Below the pieces are notes generated by a model. That model made no database searches. It saw nothing but the letters and a program-made list of their open reading frames with translations, and was not told the origin of the DNA. Position numbers and translations under genes: made by a program. A stretch of 64,000 bases of DNA, taken from the IMG/VR virus record IMGVR_UViG_3300048592_001371, positions 32,001-96,000 of that record; one strand, given 5' to 3'. Of this stretch, positions 35,878 through 45,179 are shown piece by piece (position 1 is the first letter of the stretch; the number at the start of each line of letters is the position of its first letter). This DNA comes from a virus.

Positions 35878-37200
35878 ATGCCTGTGACAAAGATTCGTGG
35901 TAATACACAGATCATCGACGGTACAATCTACGATGCGCAGATTGCAACAGCCGCCGCCATTCAGCTGACCAAGATCCAGAACGGAAGCAGCATTCTGCTG
36001 GCAACGGGTACTGTTGCTATGACGGCGGATTTCAACGTCGGTGGTAATAATATCATCAACGTCGCAGCCCCGATAAACCCGAACGACGCAGCCAACAAAG
36101 CTTACGTCGATGCGGCCATTACCGGACTGGATCTGAAACAGTCTGTCCGGGTAGCCTCTCCGGGTGGCAACGTCAACATCTCCGCGCCGGGTGCGACAAT
36201 CGACGGCATCACAATGACTGTTGGAGATCGCGTTCTGTTGAAGGACCAGACAATTGCTTCCGAGAATGGCTTGTGGGAGTGGACAGGTGCTGCTTCCGCA
36301 ATGACCAGAACACTGGATGCGGATAACAATGCCGAGGTGAATACGGGCTTGTTCGTCTTCGTCGAAGAAGGTAGCGTGAACGGGGCAACGGGCTGGGCTC
36401 TGACCACTCCGAATCCAATCAACATCGGCGTTACCAACCTTACCTTCACGCAGTTCAGTGGTAGCGGTTCCTACACGTCAGGTGACGGATTGACCCTGGT
36501 CGGAAACCAGTTCTCCGCGGTGGCTGCAGACGCGACGATTGTCGTTAGCCCCTCGGGCATTCGTTTCCGGACAGTGACTTCTGGCGACATCATCGTAGGT
36601 AATGCGTCCAACGTCGCTACCCCAGTGACGATGAGTGGTGATGCAACGATTACCAATACGGGCGTGCTTGCTATCAGCAATAACGTCATCACTCCGGCGA
36701 AGCTGACGCGTCAGACCTCAGGGCAACTGTTGTTTGGTCAAGGTGCCGGTGCTGATCTGGCCTGGGCCTCGATGAGCGGCGATGCAACGATTACCAATGC
36801 TGGTCTGATAACGATTGGCAACAACGTCATCACAGCAGCCAAGATGGCGCGCCAGCCTACCGGGTCAATCGCTATCGGTCAAGGTGCCGGTACAGACCTG
36901 GCATGGCAGACAGTGAGCGGAGACGCTACTCTGAGCGCAGCGGGTGTTCTGACTATCAACGCGGGTACGTTCCTGAACGCACACCAGGTCAAGAACGAGA
37001 CGCCGTCTGGTACGGTCAACGGCGTGAACGTGACCTTTGTCTTGGCGAATACTCCCCTGTCCGGAACACTTACCCTGTACCTGAACGGCCTGGAGCAAGA
37101 AGGCGGTGCTGGCAACGACTACACCATCTCCGGTGCCACGATTACCTTCACCAATGCTCCGGTGTCTGGCGACAAAGTTCGCGCTGACTACTGGTACTAA
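35878..37200 (+). CDS. Tail/head fibre protein
   Basis: Shares the GLD.K.SVRVA...GDRVL.KDQ...ENG domain with 3..2735; three SGDAT(I/L) repeats. Confidence 0.75.
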   Translation: MPVTKIRGNTQIIDGTIYDAQIATAAAIQLTKIQNGSSILLATGTVAMTADFNVGGNNIINVAAPINPNDAANKAYVDAAITGLDLKQSVRVASPGGNVNISAPGATIDGITMTVGDRVLLKDQTIASENGLWEWTGAASAMTRTLDADNNAEVNTGLFVFVEEGSVNGATGWALTTPNPINIGVTNLTFTQFSGSGSYTSGDGLTLVGNQFSAVAADATIVVSPSGIRFRTVTSGDIIVGNASNVATPVTMSGDATITNTGVLAISNNVITPAKLTRQTSGQLLFGQGAGADLAWASMSGDATITNAGLITIGNNVITAAKMARQPTGSIAIGQGAGTDLAWQTVSGDATLSAAGVLTINAGTFLNAHQVKNETPSGTVNGVNVTFVLANTPLSGTLTLYLNGLEQEGGAGNDYTISGATITFTNAPVSGDKVRADYWY

Positions 37201-37226
37201 GCAACGATCTAACCTAGGATTGGTAT

Positions 37227-37751
37227 ATGATCAAGATCGACTATGAGTATAAGGGTGAGAGGATGGAGAAGCTCCTGCAAGAGGCCGGGGTTTCTCTTAC
37301 ACCCATAGACGGGGAATGGTTTGCCGCCGATGAGAAAGCGGCTACGGCTCAGCAAATCTGCACGTCCTATCCTCTCGACGCCTACAAGGCCGAAGTGATA
37401 GACGCTATTTTGGCGCACGGTGCCGCGATACGTGGACAATTCATTACGCGTTCTCCACAAGAGATGGCTTCCTGGTCTGTGAAGTATCAAATGGCATTAG
37501 AAGTACAAGCCGGTAGGCCGGAAAATGCCGCGGGATTAGCCGCGGAAGCTCAGATAAGAGGGGTGGCCCTGGAAGACATGGTGAACAGGGTACTGAACAA
37601 CGCTGTTCAGTATCTGGGCTTCGAAGCATTCGTTTCTGGCATGGAAGGAAAGTTTAAGGACATGGCTCTGCAATCGGCCACTCCATCTCTAGTAGGTGCG
37701 ATTCCTTGGGAATTCGATTGGACTACCTTGCTACCGAAGACAGGAGGCTGA
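37227..37751 (+). CDS. Tail-fibre-assembly-like protein (paralogue 5, in canonical position)
   Basis: EMASWSVK...A...LAAEAQIRGV...V.RVL.NA motif; sits between two fibre genes. Confidence 0.65.
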   Translation: MIKIDYEYKGERMEKLLQEAGVSLTPIDGEWFAADEKAATAQQICTSYPLDAYKAEVIDAILAHGAAIRGQFITRSPQEMASWSVKYQMALEVQAGRPENAAGLAAEAQIRGVALEDMVNRVLNNAVQYLGFEAFVSGMEGKFKDMALQSATPSLVGAIPWEFDWTTLLPKTGG

Positions 37752-37752
37752 C

Positions 37753-38745
37753 ATGCCAGTAACCGGTCTTCGTATCAGTCAAGTATCGGAAGCATTGCGC
37801 GATGGATCAGGCACTTGCGAAATAGGCGCTACCCCCGTCATTCGGACGATTGGAGGTTTGCCGAAAGCAGATTGGTCCCAATCCTCTGTGGAAGGACTAA
37901 TGCTTCCGAGAGGAACGACAGCGCAAAGGCCAACCACCGACAGACCTCTGGTCCGTCACAATCAGGATACGGGCCTACCGGAATTGTACCTCCCACAAGC
38001 CGAGGTCTGGGTTCCTTTGCAAGGCCGGCATAGTTACAAGAATATCGTTTCCTCGTACATCGAGGATGATTTTCTAGGAGCTGTATTCAGCGGTTCTATG
38101 GGTTGGGTAGGGAATACGTCTGGCGGGGGCGGTGCCGCGGCAGGTCTAGATGCGGCTTGGCCTACTACCGATAGGAATTTTGTGGGGGCGGCGCGTCTCT
38201 ACACGGGAACTAACTCGTCGGGCCAGGCACGTATGCAGTTGGGGCGTACTTACCTGCCGCGCGTGAATGTGTCGGGAGTAGCGAGTACGTTCATAATGTT
38301 TGGGATGTTTGGACGTATCAACATCCCTGTGCTGAGTACCGCAGCCCAGCGTTTCTCTGTCAAATTTGGACTTACCCAGAACACGTTTCCAATAGGGACA
38401 ACGAATGATCGCTTGATGTTGACGTATGACGATTCGGTCAATGGTGGTAGGTGGCAGGCCGAAAACTATCTTTCCTCCTTATCAAGCGCGGATACTGGAG
38501 TAGCCGTTACTACGGAGTCACATACTCTGGGAGTGGTCTACGTGTCGGACTACACTACGGGCTCTCTCGTTGAGACCGTTCACTATTATGTGGATTCAGA
38601 CTCGCCGGTTGCCTCGATTGCCACTCAGATTCCGTTTGGAACATTACTTCGGCCCTGTGTCTACATGGCAAAATCGGTGGGTAATACGGCTAGAGCGACG
38701 TATATCGACTACACGGCTATTGAGACCGTCGGCATGAGGGATTGA
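37753..38745 (+). CDS. Tail fibre/tip protein
   Basis: LPRGTTAQRP...VRHN N-terminal fibre motif and a lectin-like beta-rich C-terminus. Confidence 0.65.
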   Translation: MPVTGLRISQVSEALRDGSGTCEIGATPVIRTIGGLPKADWSQSSVEGLMLPRGTTAQRPTTDRPLVRHNQDTGLPELYLPQAEVWVPLQGRHSYKNIVSSYIEDDFLGAVFSGSMGWVGNTSGGGGAAAGLDAAWPTTDRNFVGAARLYTGTNSSGQARMQLGRTYLPRVNVSGVASTFIMFGMFGRINIPVLSTAAQRFSVKFGLTQNTFPIGTTNDRLMLTYDDSVNGGRWQAENYLSSLSSADTGVAVTTESHTLGVVYVSDYTTGSLVETVHYYVDSDSPVASIATQIPFGTLLRPCVYMAKSVGNTARATYIDYTAIETVGMRD

Positions 38746-39115
38746 CCACGACGCTAGCGCTACTGTCAAAATCGTGTGTGCCGTATTCGGAGATCGCTTG
38801 GCGAGCGCTTATCTTGGTATTCGCTAGCCAGACAGTGATTCCATCTGCAGATTCGAAATAGCAGTAGAACAGGTCGTTGACGACAAGCTCCCCGAACAAG
38901 AGATGTTCGTATTTGTCCGTATCAACTACCCAAGCGCGGTGTTCAGGAAGAATGTTGAATTCTGGTCCTCCAATTACCCGAGCCCGCCTTTCCTCTTTCT
39001 TGAAGCAACGAGAAAAGACAGGATACGCAATACCCAGGTATTGATTAGACCAGCAGTAAAACTCATGATTGAGAGGGACATCTGAAAAGGGCAGAATCTT
39101 AAGGCGCGGTTCCAT
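38717..39115 (-). CDS. Hypothetical protein
   Basis: Fills the gap on the minus strand; GGAG upstream of ATG 39115. Confidence 0.5.
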   Translation of the reverse strand: MEPRLKILPFSDVPLNHEFYCWSNQYLGIAYPVFSRCFKKEERRARVIGGPEFNILPEHRAWVVDTDKYEHLLFGELVVNDLFYCYFESADGITVWLANTKISARQAISEYGTHDFDSSASVVVNPSCRRSQ

Positions 39116-39126
39116 AGGGGACTCCA

Positions 39127-39561
39127 ATGTTCGTCAGCACTGCAAAATACATTTACACTCTCGAGAGCGATTTTTCCTACGCTACCGGGATACCCATCCC
39201 GCGTCCCTTCATGTTCGGGACATCTTCGCGTAACTGGTTGTCGATCAGCGAAGAGGGCGTTATCTCCATCTCGGTTGGGTATTCCTGGGACGGGTGTAGT
39301 CCGAAATTTCGTCTACTCTGGTCGAAGTACGTCTTCGGAGCATCGGACGGGGCTATCAAACCGGAAACAGGCAAGCCTCAATGCTACTACGGATCGCTGG
39401 TTCACGACGCGTGTTATCAGTTCATGGATGCGGCCTTCCCGTATAACCGGAAGCAGGTAGACGGCTTCTTCTACGATCTGATAAAGCGCGACGGCTTCAA
39501 GTACGCTACTGAGTATTACAAGATAGTCCGGGCTGTCGGTGGAGTCTGGCACAAACTATAA
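39127..39561 (+). CDS. DUF1353-like protein
   Basis: GYSWDGCS...SLVHDACYQ...RKQVD..F...Y..VR..G motif. Confidence 0.7.
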   Translation: MFVSTAKYIYTLESDFSYATGIPIPRPFMFGTSSRNWLSISEEGVISISVGYSWDGCSPKFRLLWSKYVFGASDGAIKPETGKPQCYYGSLVHDACYQFMDAAFPYNRKQVDGFFYDLIKRDGFKYATEYYKIVRAVGGVWHKL

Positions 39562-39570
39562 GGAACAGAA

Positions 39571-40002
39571 ATGGCATCAAAGATCAAGGTACTCGCGGCA
39601 CCTGTGAATTTCGACAAGTACGTCGCACAGTTCATGTATCGCTTTCCTGGACTGCAGAAGATGAACAGCTCCTACGGCCGGTGCAAGCTAGTGTCGTACG
39701 AGTTGGCGAAATTCCTGCGGGAGCACGGAGTCAAGGCTTTCATCTATCACCTTGAAGGTATTAAGCCGGGTACGTATCCGAATCCGCACAAGGACTACCA
39801 AGAGAAGAAACCTTCAGATTGGTCGCACTACATCGTCAAGGTTGGCAACAAAGGAATTGATCTGACGGCCAAGCAGTTTGACAAGTCGGCCTCGGTACCA
39901 CTTGTTGCTCCCATCAGCGAGTTCAAAGCGAAGTGGGAGAAATGCTCACGCGACGACTTCATGAACAAATTTCTGGAGGACGCGCTGAGGGCGCGTATCT
40001 GA
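39571..40002 (+). CDS. Papain/transglutaminase-like Cys-His-Asp protein
   Basis: GRCKLVS...SHYIVKV....IDLTAKQF. Confidence 0.55.
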   Translation: MASKIKVLAAPVNFDKYVAQFMYRFPGLQKMNSSYGRCKLVSYELAKFLREHGVKAFIYHLEGIKPGTYPNPHKDYQEKKPSDWSHYIVKVGNKGIDLTAKQFDKSASVPLVAPISEFKAKWEKCSRDDFMNKFLEDALRARI

Positions 40003-40003
40003 C

Positions 40004-40408
40004 ATGGACACTATAGTCATTCTTCTGAAAGGTATAGATACGCTGGCCGTCATCCTAGCCCTTCTTGTTTTGTCTTTCGGCATTCTGGCGTGGCGCTCCA
40101 CCCGCAATAAGGAGCAGCGTTTCGACTTCGAGGAGCTATTCCTTGACGAGGTTGGACGCACTTCCCTATACAAGCTTGGTCAGTTCATAGCCCTGTGCTT
40201 TTCGACGTGGGGTTTTGTCTATCTGACGCTGGCGTACAAATTGTCGGAATGGTACTTCACTGCATACATGGTTGCCTGGGCGGGTGCGAACGTAGCTAAC
40301 AAGTACATAGAAACGAGGAAGTCGGTGACTCCCATTCCTGACATGAAGAAACCGGAAGAGAAGAAGGCGGTCAAGGTCAGCGGAACCAAAGACGACGAAG
40401 ACGATTGA
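40004..40408 (+). CDS. Membrane protein, holin candidate
   Basis: Three hydrophobic segments and a highly charged C-terminal tail. Confidence 0.6.
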   Translation: MDTIVILLKGIDTLAVILALLVLSFGILAWRSTRNKEQRFDFEELFLDEVGRTSLYKLGQFIALCFSTWGFVYLTLAYKLSEWYFTAYMVAWAGANVANKYIETRKSVTPIPDMKKPEEKKAVKVSGTKDDEDD

Positions 40409-41393
40409 CAACGGCTATAGGCAGGTCGACGGGGTCTATCTTCTTGAAGGGAGTCTTGCCTTTCTTGATACGGGCCTTGTTCATCCGTTCTTCGATCGCC
40501 TTCATGTTTATACTCTTCACTTCCAGCAACCCAGCGCAGGATCGTTTGATTTTGCGCTGGGCCTTCCTCCCGGCCTCGTCCGAGTCCATCATCAAAACAA
40601 CGCTCTCGATCCCTATCGCAATCAGCAGGTCGCGCTTCTTCTCGTCCCAATTGTGTGTCCCTAGAATGGCCACGGCAGGCAGTCCACACGCTATGAGCCG
40701 TAGCGCGTCACGGGCCCCTTCCACAATGATGATGCGACGATATTTCCTGGCCTGTTTCCGAACATGATCTAGCGGGAATAGTCCCTTCTCACGGGCCCAG
40801 ACGCCCGATGAATTGACATAGGCAAGTATGTCCTTGGTTGGCGGACGTTCCATCAGGGCTTTGATGCCTCCAACCATACACTTGTTCACAACGATAGGCA
40901 GAAAGACCACTTCATCCTGCGTCTTGGAATCGAGTGCCAGTTGGGCACCTATCTTGGACAACAGTTGTCCAGGTATGGATCGCCAGTCCATGTGCGTCGG
41001 CCAGGACACTACAAATTCCAGACCGAGGTCATCTGTAATGGCGTCGAACGACTGGGCAATATCGTCCGGTTCAAGCAAATTCTTGTCGATGTCCCGACCA
41101 TGAAACTCGGTGACTTGATCGTTGCGACCGTTCACCTTCATCAGGCCGAACGCGTCGGCAAGCTCGTTCCACTTCCCGTGTTTCGTACACCCGAAACAGT
41201 AAAATGATCCTATAGGGCGCTTGCTCTTGGGGTCGAGATTGATGATGAGCGACGGATCGCTGTCTTTATGGAACGGACAGACAATCATTATCCCGGAAGC
41301 GTTCCCCTTCTTGGCTCCGCGAATCCGAGTTACTTCCTGTTCAATAATACGGTGTGACTCTGAGACGTGGCTACCACGACCGAAAGCGTACAA
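40377..41393 (-). CDS. DNA primase (CHC2 zinc finger plus TOPRIM)
   Basis: CPFHKDSDPS...FYCFGC, IIVEGARDAL and LMMDSDEAG motifs; probable TTG start at 41393 after AGGAG. Confidence 0.85.
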   Translation of the reverse strand: MYAFGRGSHVSESHRIIEQEVTRIRGAKKGNASGIMIVCPFHKDSDPSLIINLDPKSKRPIGSFYCFGCTKHGKWNELADAFGLMKVNGRNDQVTEFHGRDIDKNLLEPDDIAQSFDAITDDLGLEFVVSWPTHMDWRSIPGQLLSKIGAQLALDSKTQDEVVFLPIVVNKCMVGGIKALMERPPTKDILAYVNSSGVWAREKGLFPLDHVRKQARKYRRIIIVEGARDALRLIACGLPAVAILGTHNWDEKKRDLLIAIGIESVVLMMDSDEAGRKAQRKIKRSCAGLLEVKSINMKAIEERMNKARIKKGKTPFKKIDPVDLPIAVVNRLRRLWFR

Positions 41394-41429
41394 GGCGTAC
41401 TCCTGTTTTTTGACAAGATACTTTACAAG

Positions 41430-42086
41430 ATGAAACCCAAGAAAGAACACTACGAACGATTGAGGTACTACCTGGCGAATCGTGTGTATTCACCACGGTC
41501 CATGTCCAACATCGACATAGATTTGCTGAATTACGGGTGGATACTGCCGTCTACCCAACCCGGAATCAAAGGTTTTTTGGCTTCCCCGGTCGGTATCCAG
41601 GCATTCAAAGAACTACGCCGGAAGCAATCGACCAAGTTTGATACCCATAACACGTTAGCGTCCCGTCTGGCACAGTATCTTCAAGCCCGGAACAGGATCA
41701 CCTACGAGAACATAGAGCTAAAGGCTGAGTATGAAGGACGTATTAGACCATGCCGGCCTGACGTCTTTTCCCTGATGTGCACGTACAAGGCTACCAAGTT
41801 GCACCCTTTCATCCACGAAGTGAAGGTGTCGCGAGCAGATTTTCTGAACGAAGTGAAGAACGGGAAGAAACTCTATCTGTACTCGCAGTTAGCCGAACGG
41901 GTTTTCTTCGTTACGCCTGCGGACTTGGTAACGAAACAGGAAATACCGGAAGACTTGGGGTTGATCTACGAGACGAAGCCAAACACATTCCGACTTGTCA
42001 AAAGAGCCGTTCAGAACAAAGTTCCTAGGTATCGTACTGCGATGTGGATGAGATTGGTACTGAAGAAAGGAAGTACTGCTAGATAG
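41430..42086 (+). CDS. MmcB-like PD-(D/E)XK endonuclease
   Basis: RPDVF...IHEVKVSRADFL.E...FFVTP..LV...EIP...GLI. Confidence 0.7.
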   Translation: MKPKKEHYERLRYYLANRVYSPRSMSNIDIDLLNYGWILPSTQPGIKGFLASPVGIQAFKELRRKQSTKFDTHNTLASRLAQYLQARNRITYENIELKAEYEGRIRPCRPDVFSLMCTYKATKLHPFIHEVKVSRADFLNEVKNGKKLYLYSQLAERVFFVTPADLVTKQEIPEDLGLIYETKPNTFRLVKRAVQNKVPRYRTAMWMRLVLKKGSTAR

Positions 42087-42765
42087 GGATTCAAAACCAA
42101 CAGCCTGAATTGTTCATTTGTCCCACAGAGTTTTTTGTTCCTTCAATGTACTTCTTGTACTTCTCTCTGTGTTAAGCCTTGTCACGTCATTCCATTTCAT
42201 TCCATGACGGTTTCTACTTCGTAGAATTTTTCCTTCTGTCCATTGTCATGTTCATCATCTGGAACCTTTTGGTTCCTAGGAACCTTTTCGTTCCTTCGGT
42301 CCATCGGTTTCTTAAATTCTCTGAATTACTTTACAATGAAATCACGGGTATCGACCACTCCGTTTTACTCTTTACCACTCTTTACCGCTTATACACCCAA
42401 ATACCCACTCTTTTTGCAATATACCGCTGTACTGCCAATATTTATTTTCCGGTGACTCCCAATGACGCATAACTCTTTGATGTTCCGAGAATTTGTGTGC
42501 CGAGCAGTAAAAATTGGTAGGAATTGGTAAAATCCGAGAATGCATCCGTTCGGTGGCTGACAGACGGGTTTTCGGAAGGCACACAAATTGCATAAAAAAG
42601 TCTTGAGAACTCAATATGTTCCGTGTGCGGAAAAAGAGTTATGACAAAAATAGGGTGTCAGAAACGACCGTGTCTCGTGTCTGCGTCAAATCCTTTCCTG
42701 TCTTCCATCTCCTTCGCGTGACGCGTCTCTGTAAATAGAAAGAACACACGCGTCCAGAGGCACCT
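42087..42765. other. Long AT-rich non-coding region with repeats and nested inverted repeats (candidate origin and/or ncRNA)
   Basis: The only large intergenic gap in the window: pyrimidine-rich left half, purine-rich right half, 11- and 12-bp perfect inverted repeats. Confidence 0.6.
42730..42737 (+). promoter_or_regulatory. Putative phage promoter TGTAAATA
   Basis: Also at 43710, 49829 and 55933, with variants at 53815 and 62538; each lies shortly upstream of a start codon. Confidence 0.55.
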
Positions 42766-43728
42766 ATGTTCGGAAAAGAATCGGTTCAGAAGGAATTCGC
42801 CCGCGCCTATCAGAAGGCCATGTCGGAAACCTTGGAGTTGCGCTTGTCTGATCTCACAGAGGAAGAGCAGAAGGAGTACTGGCACTACGACAAGAGATTC
42901 TCACCCTCCTCATTCCCGTTCTGTGGTTTGCGCCGTATCTACATGCGCCTCATTGCTGAGGCCAATCCCTTGGTCTACGACAGTTTTTCCGGCGACTATT
43001 TCCGGAACGTAGGAATCGTTGCCCATACGGTACTTCAGCGCTGGTTGTCTCGGCAAGGAAGTTTCATAGGCGATTATGTCTGTCTGGACTGCAAGCACCG
43101 ACATGAGTTCACTACCTGGCCCGGGAAGTGCAAGAAGTGCGGCTCAATACGAGTAGAGCACAAGGAATTGGGTGGGAAGTACGGCGGCCACATGGGTTGG
43201 AAAAGCGACCACGTATTCCAGACAAAGAAAGGGAAGCTCTACATTGTCGACTACAAGACAACTACGTCCTATCAGATTGCAAATCACAAGAAGGACGGGA
43301 AGACGTTTCCTTACGTCGGCAATCGCATCCAGGCTGAATCCTACGTACCTTTAGCCGAGGATCGGTACAAACGAAAATTTGCGGGGTGCATCTTGGCCTA
43401 CGCAGCACGGGACAATCCGATCTACAACATAGCTATCGTCACGATAGAGATGGACGCCGAGAGAAAAGACGAGCTGCGTAAGCGCATGAAGAAGTGGCAC
43501 AGACAGTTCGAGCTGGCCCTCGTGCCGACTGTCGAGAACGTGAAGATACTGCATAAGCAAAAGCTCTGTTGCGACAAACAGTTCTACAAAGAGAACGTCG
43601 CCAATGCCTACAACCCGTGTCCGCTTTCCAAGGTTTGCTTCAAGCGCGAGAAGTTGGTTCTTGAGTTGAAAGCCGCGCTGAAGACGTATCGGAAGAATCA
43701 GTCACAGACTGTAAATAAAGCCAAGTAA
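42766..43728 (+). CDS. Cas4-like PD-(D/E)XK exonuclease
   Basis: SPSSFPFC, IVDYKTT, Q..SY and C-terminal CC...CPLSKVC; inserted CxxC...CxxC ribbon. Confidence 0.7.
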   Translation: MFGKESVQKEFARAYQKAMSETLELRLSDLTEEEQKEYWHYDKRFSPSSFPFCGLRRIYMRLIAEANPLVYDSFSGDYFRNVGIVAHTVLQRWLSRQGSFIGDYVCLDCKHRHEFTTWPGKCKKCGSIRVEHKELGGKYGGHMGWKSDHVFQTKKGKLYIVDYKTTTSYQIANHKKDGKTFPYVGNRIQAESYVPLAEDRYKRKFAGCILAYAARDNPIYNIAIVTIEMDAERKDELRKRMKKWHRQFELALVPTVENVKILHKQKLCCDKQFYKENVANAYNPCPLSKVCFKREKLVLELKAALKTYRKNQSQTVNKAK

Positions 43729-43743
43729 CGTCAGGAGACAGAC

Positions 43744-44217
43744 ATGCCCGAAGGTTTCACAGTATCTTGTTCCATTTCACGCACGGTTGCCGAACGCTAT
43801 CACGACATTAGCTGCGGACATCGCGTCTACGGACATGAATCAAAATGTGCCCACTTGCACGGTCACAACTACCGCGTCCACTTCACGGTTGAGGCACCGG
43901 AGTTGGACCACGTTGGACGCGTGATGGACTTCTCGGTCATCAAGTCGCATCTTTGCATGTGGCTGGAAGACAATTGGGATCACAAATTCCTGATATGGGA
44001 AAACGACCCCGATGCGCTCACATTGCAGAGAATCGATCCCGAGGGCGTAGTGATCGTTCCGTTCAACCCAACCGCTGAGAACATGGCCAAATATCTGGTT
44101 GATGACGTAGGTATTCGTCAATTGACCGCTACGGGTTGTAGGCTCGTCAAGGTTCGTATCGAGGAAACTGCGAAGTGCAGCGCGTCCTTTATGCGCGGAG
44201 AAGAGGTTCGCATATGA
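43744..44217 (+). CDS. queD: 6-carboxytetrahydropterin synthase
   Basis: GHR....KCAHLHGHNY, VMDF, WDHKFL, PTAENMA and IEET motifs. Confidence 0.92.
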   Translation: MPEGFTVSCSISRTVAERYHDISCGHRVYGHESKCAHLHGHNYRVHFTVEAPELDHVGRVMDFSVIKSHLCMWLEDNWDHKFLIWENDPDALTLQRIDPEGVVIVPFNPTAENMAKYLVDDVGIRQLTATGCRLVKVRIEETAKCSASFMRGEEVRI

Positions 44218-45179
44218 GCATCAAGACAGGCGACTACGTCCTCGCAAGCATTGACAACAAGAAGAAGCTTGTGCACGTGACAGGAGTAGGAGACGGGAAG
44301 TTCAACGGCGTTCTTGACCACAACCGGGCCTACGCTCCGGAGAACGTGAAGTACAAGCTGTCGAGCGTTGTCGCCAACCTCGGTCCCGATCCCGCGCCCG
44401 GAGCCGCGTATGGATGCTTGATCGAACCGTATCGTCGTTCCTTCTCGTACAAGGACTGGGGTGATATCCATACGCATGTCAAGGCCGACAAAGCTATCCA
44501 GGAAGCCATTCGCGCCGGACTGGACAAGACATACGCCATTCTGAAAAAGTACAAACTCACGGGCTTCCTACCTATCGACATTGAGATTCGCCCCAAGAAG
44601 GGTGTTCATGCCGGATCATGGACAAGGTCGAAGAAGGACAAGCGCTCCTTGATGATCCTTCGGTCGCGGGAGGATTGCATTGCGATGTATCCACAGCTTG
44701 TGATGCACGAAGCGGCACACGGGATTTGGTACAACTGTGTCCCACTAGCCTACAAGGCGAAGTGGATCAAGCTCTATCACAGCTACTTGCGCTTCTCCAA
44801 CATCACCGTCAAGGATCTCGAATCCATCAAAGACAGTTTCTTCGATCAACCGCAGCCCGTGAGAGAATTCCAGGGACAACTTGAGGAAGAGGACGCCTTC
44901 TTGTTCAAGAAGGTACTGGATTGGATCAAAGACAATCACCGCATGACGACGAGGCACCTTGACGAAATCGTGCTGTCCGGGGAAACAGAATTTCTGGAGA
45001 AGCTCTGGCCTACTTACGAGATGCTCGTCACAGATTGCGAAGTTGTTATTTCCGACTACGCTCGCAAAAGCGTTGAGGAATTCTTCGCAGAAGCTGTGTC
45101 GTTTCATCTGATGTCCAAGATCAAACTGCCCAAGAAGATAGTCACGGCAGTAGAAAAGACGCTACAGGCAAGCAAATGA
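44214..45179 (+). CDS. Zincin-like metallopeptidase domain protein
   Basis: MHEAAHG (HExxH) plus distal SDYARKSVEEFFAE. Confidence 0.65.
   Translation: MSIKTGDYVLASIDNKKKLVHVTGVGDGKFNGVLDHNRAYAPENVKYKLSSVVANLGPDPAPGAAYGCLIEPYRRSFSYKDWGDIHTHVKADKAIQEAIRAGLDKTYAILKKYKLTGFLPIDIEIRPKKGVHAGSWTRSKKDKRSLMILRSREDCIAMYPQLVMHEAAHGIWYNCVPLAYKAKWIKLYHSYLRFSNITVKDLESIKDSFFDQPQPVREFQGQLEEEDAFLFKKVLDWIKDNHRMTTRHLDEIVLSGETEFLEKLWPTYEMLVTDCEVVISDYARKSVEEFFAEAVSFHLMSKIKLPKKIVTAVEKTLQASK

Noticed and set aside
37728-37751. C-terminal LPKTGG as a sortase signal
   Set aside because: No transmembrane segment or basic tail follows, and the spanins indicate a Gram-negative host.
42179-42614. Short ORFs in the large intergenic region
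   Set aside because: They have atypical composition, no RBS and non-ATG starts, and are explained by the base skew.
42087-42765. tRNA genes
   Set aside because: I could not find a cloverleaf or T-loop consensus with a matching acceptor stem by eye.
42766-43728. Cas4-like gene as evidence of a CRISPR-Cas system
   Set aside because: There is no array and no other cas gene; solo Cas4-like nucleases are common in phages.
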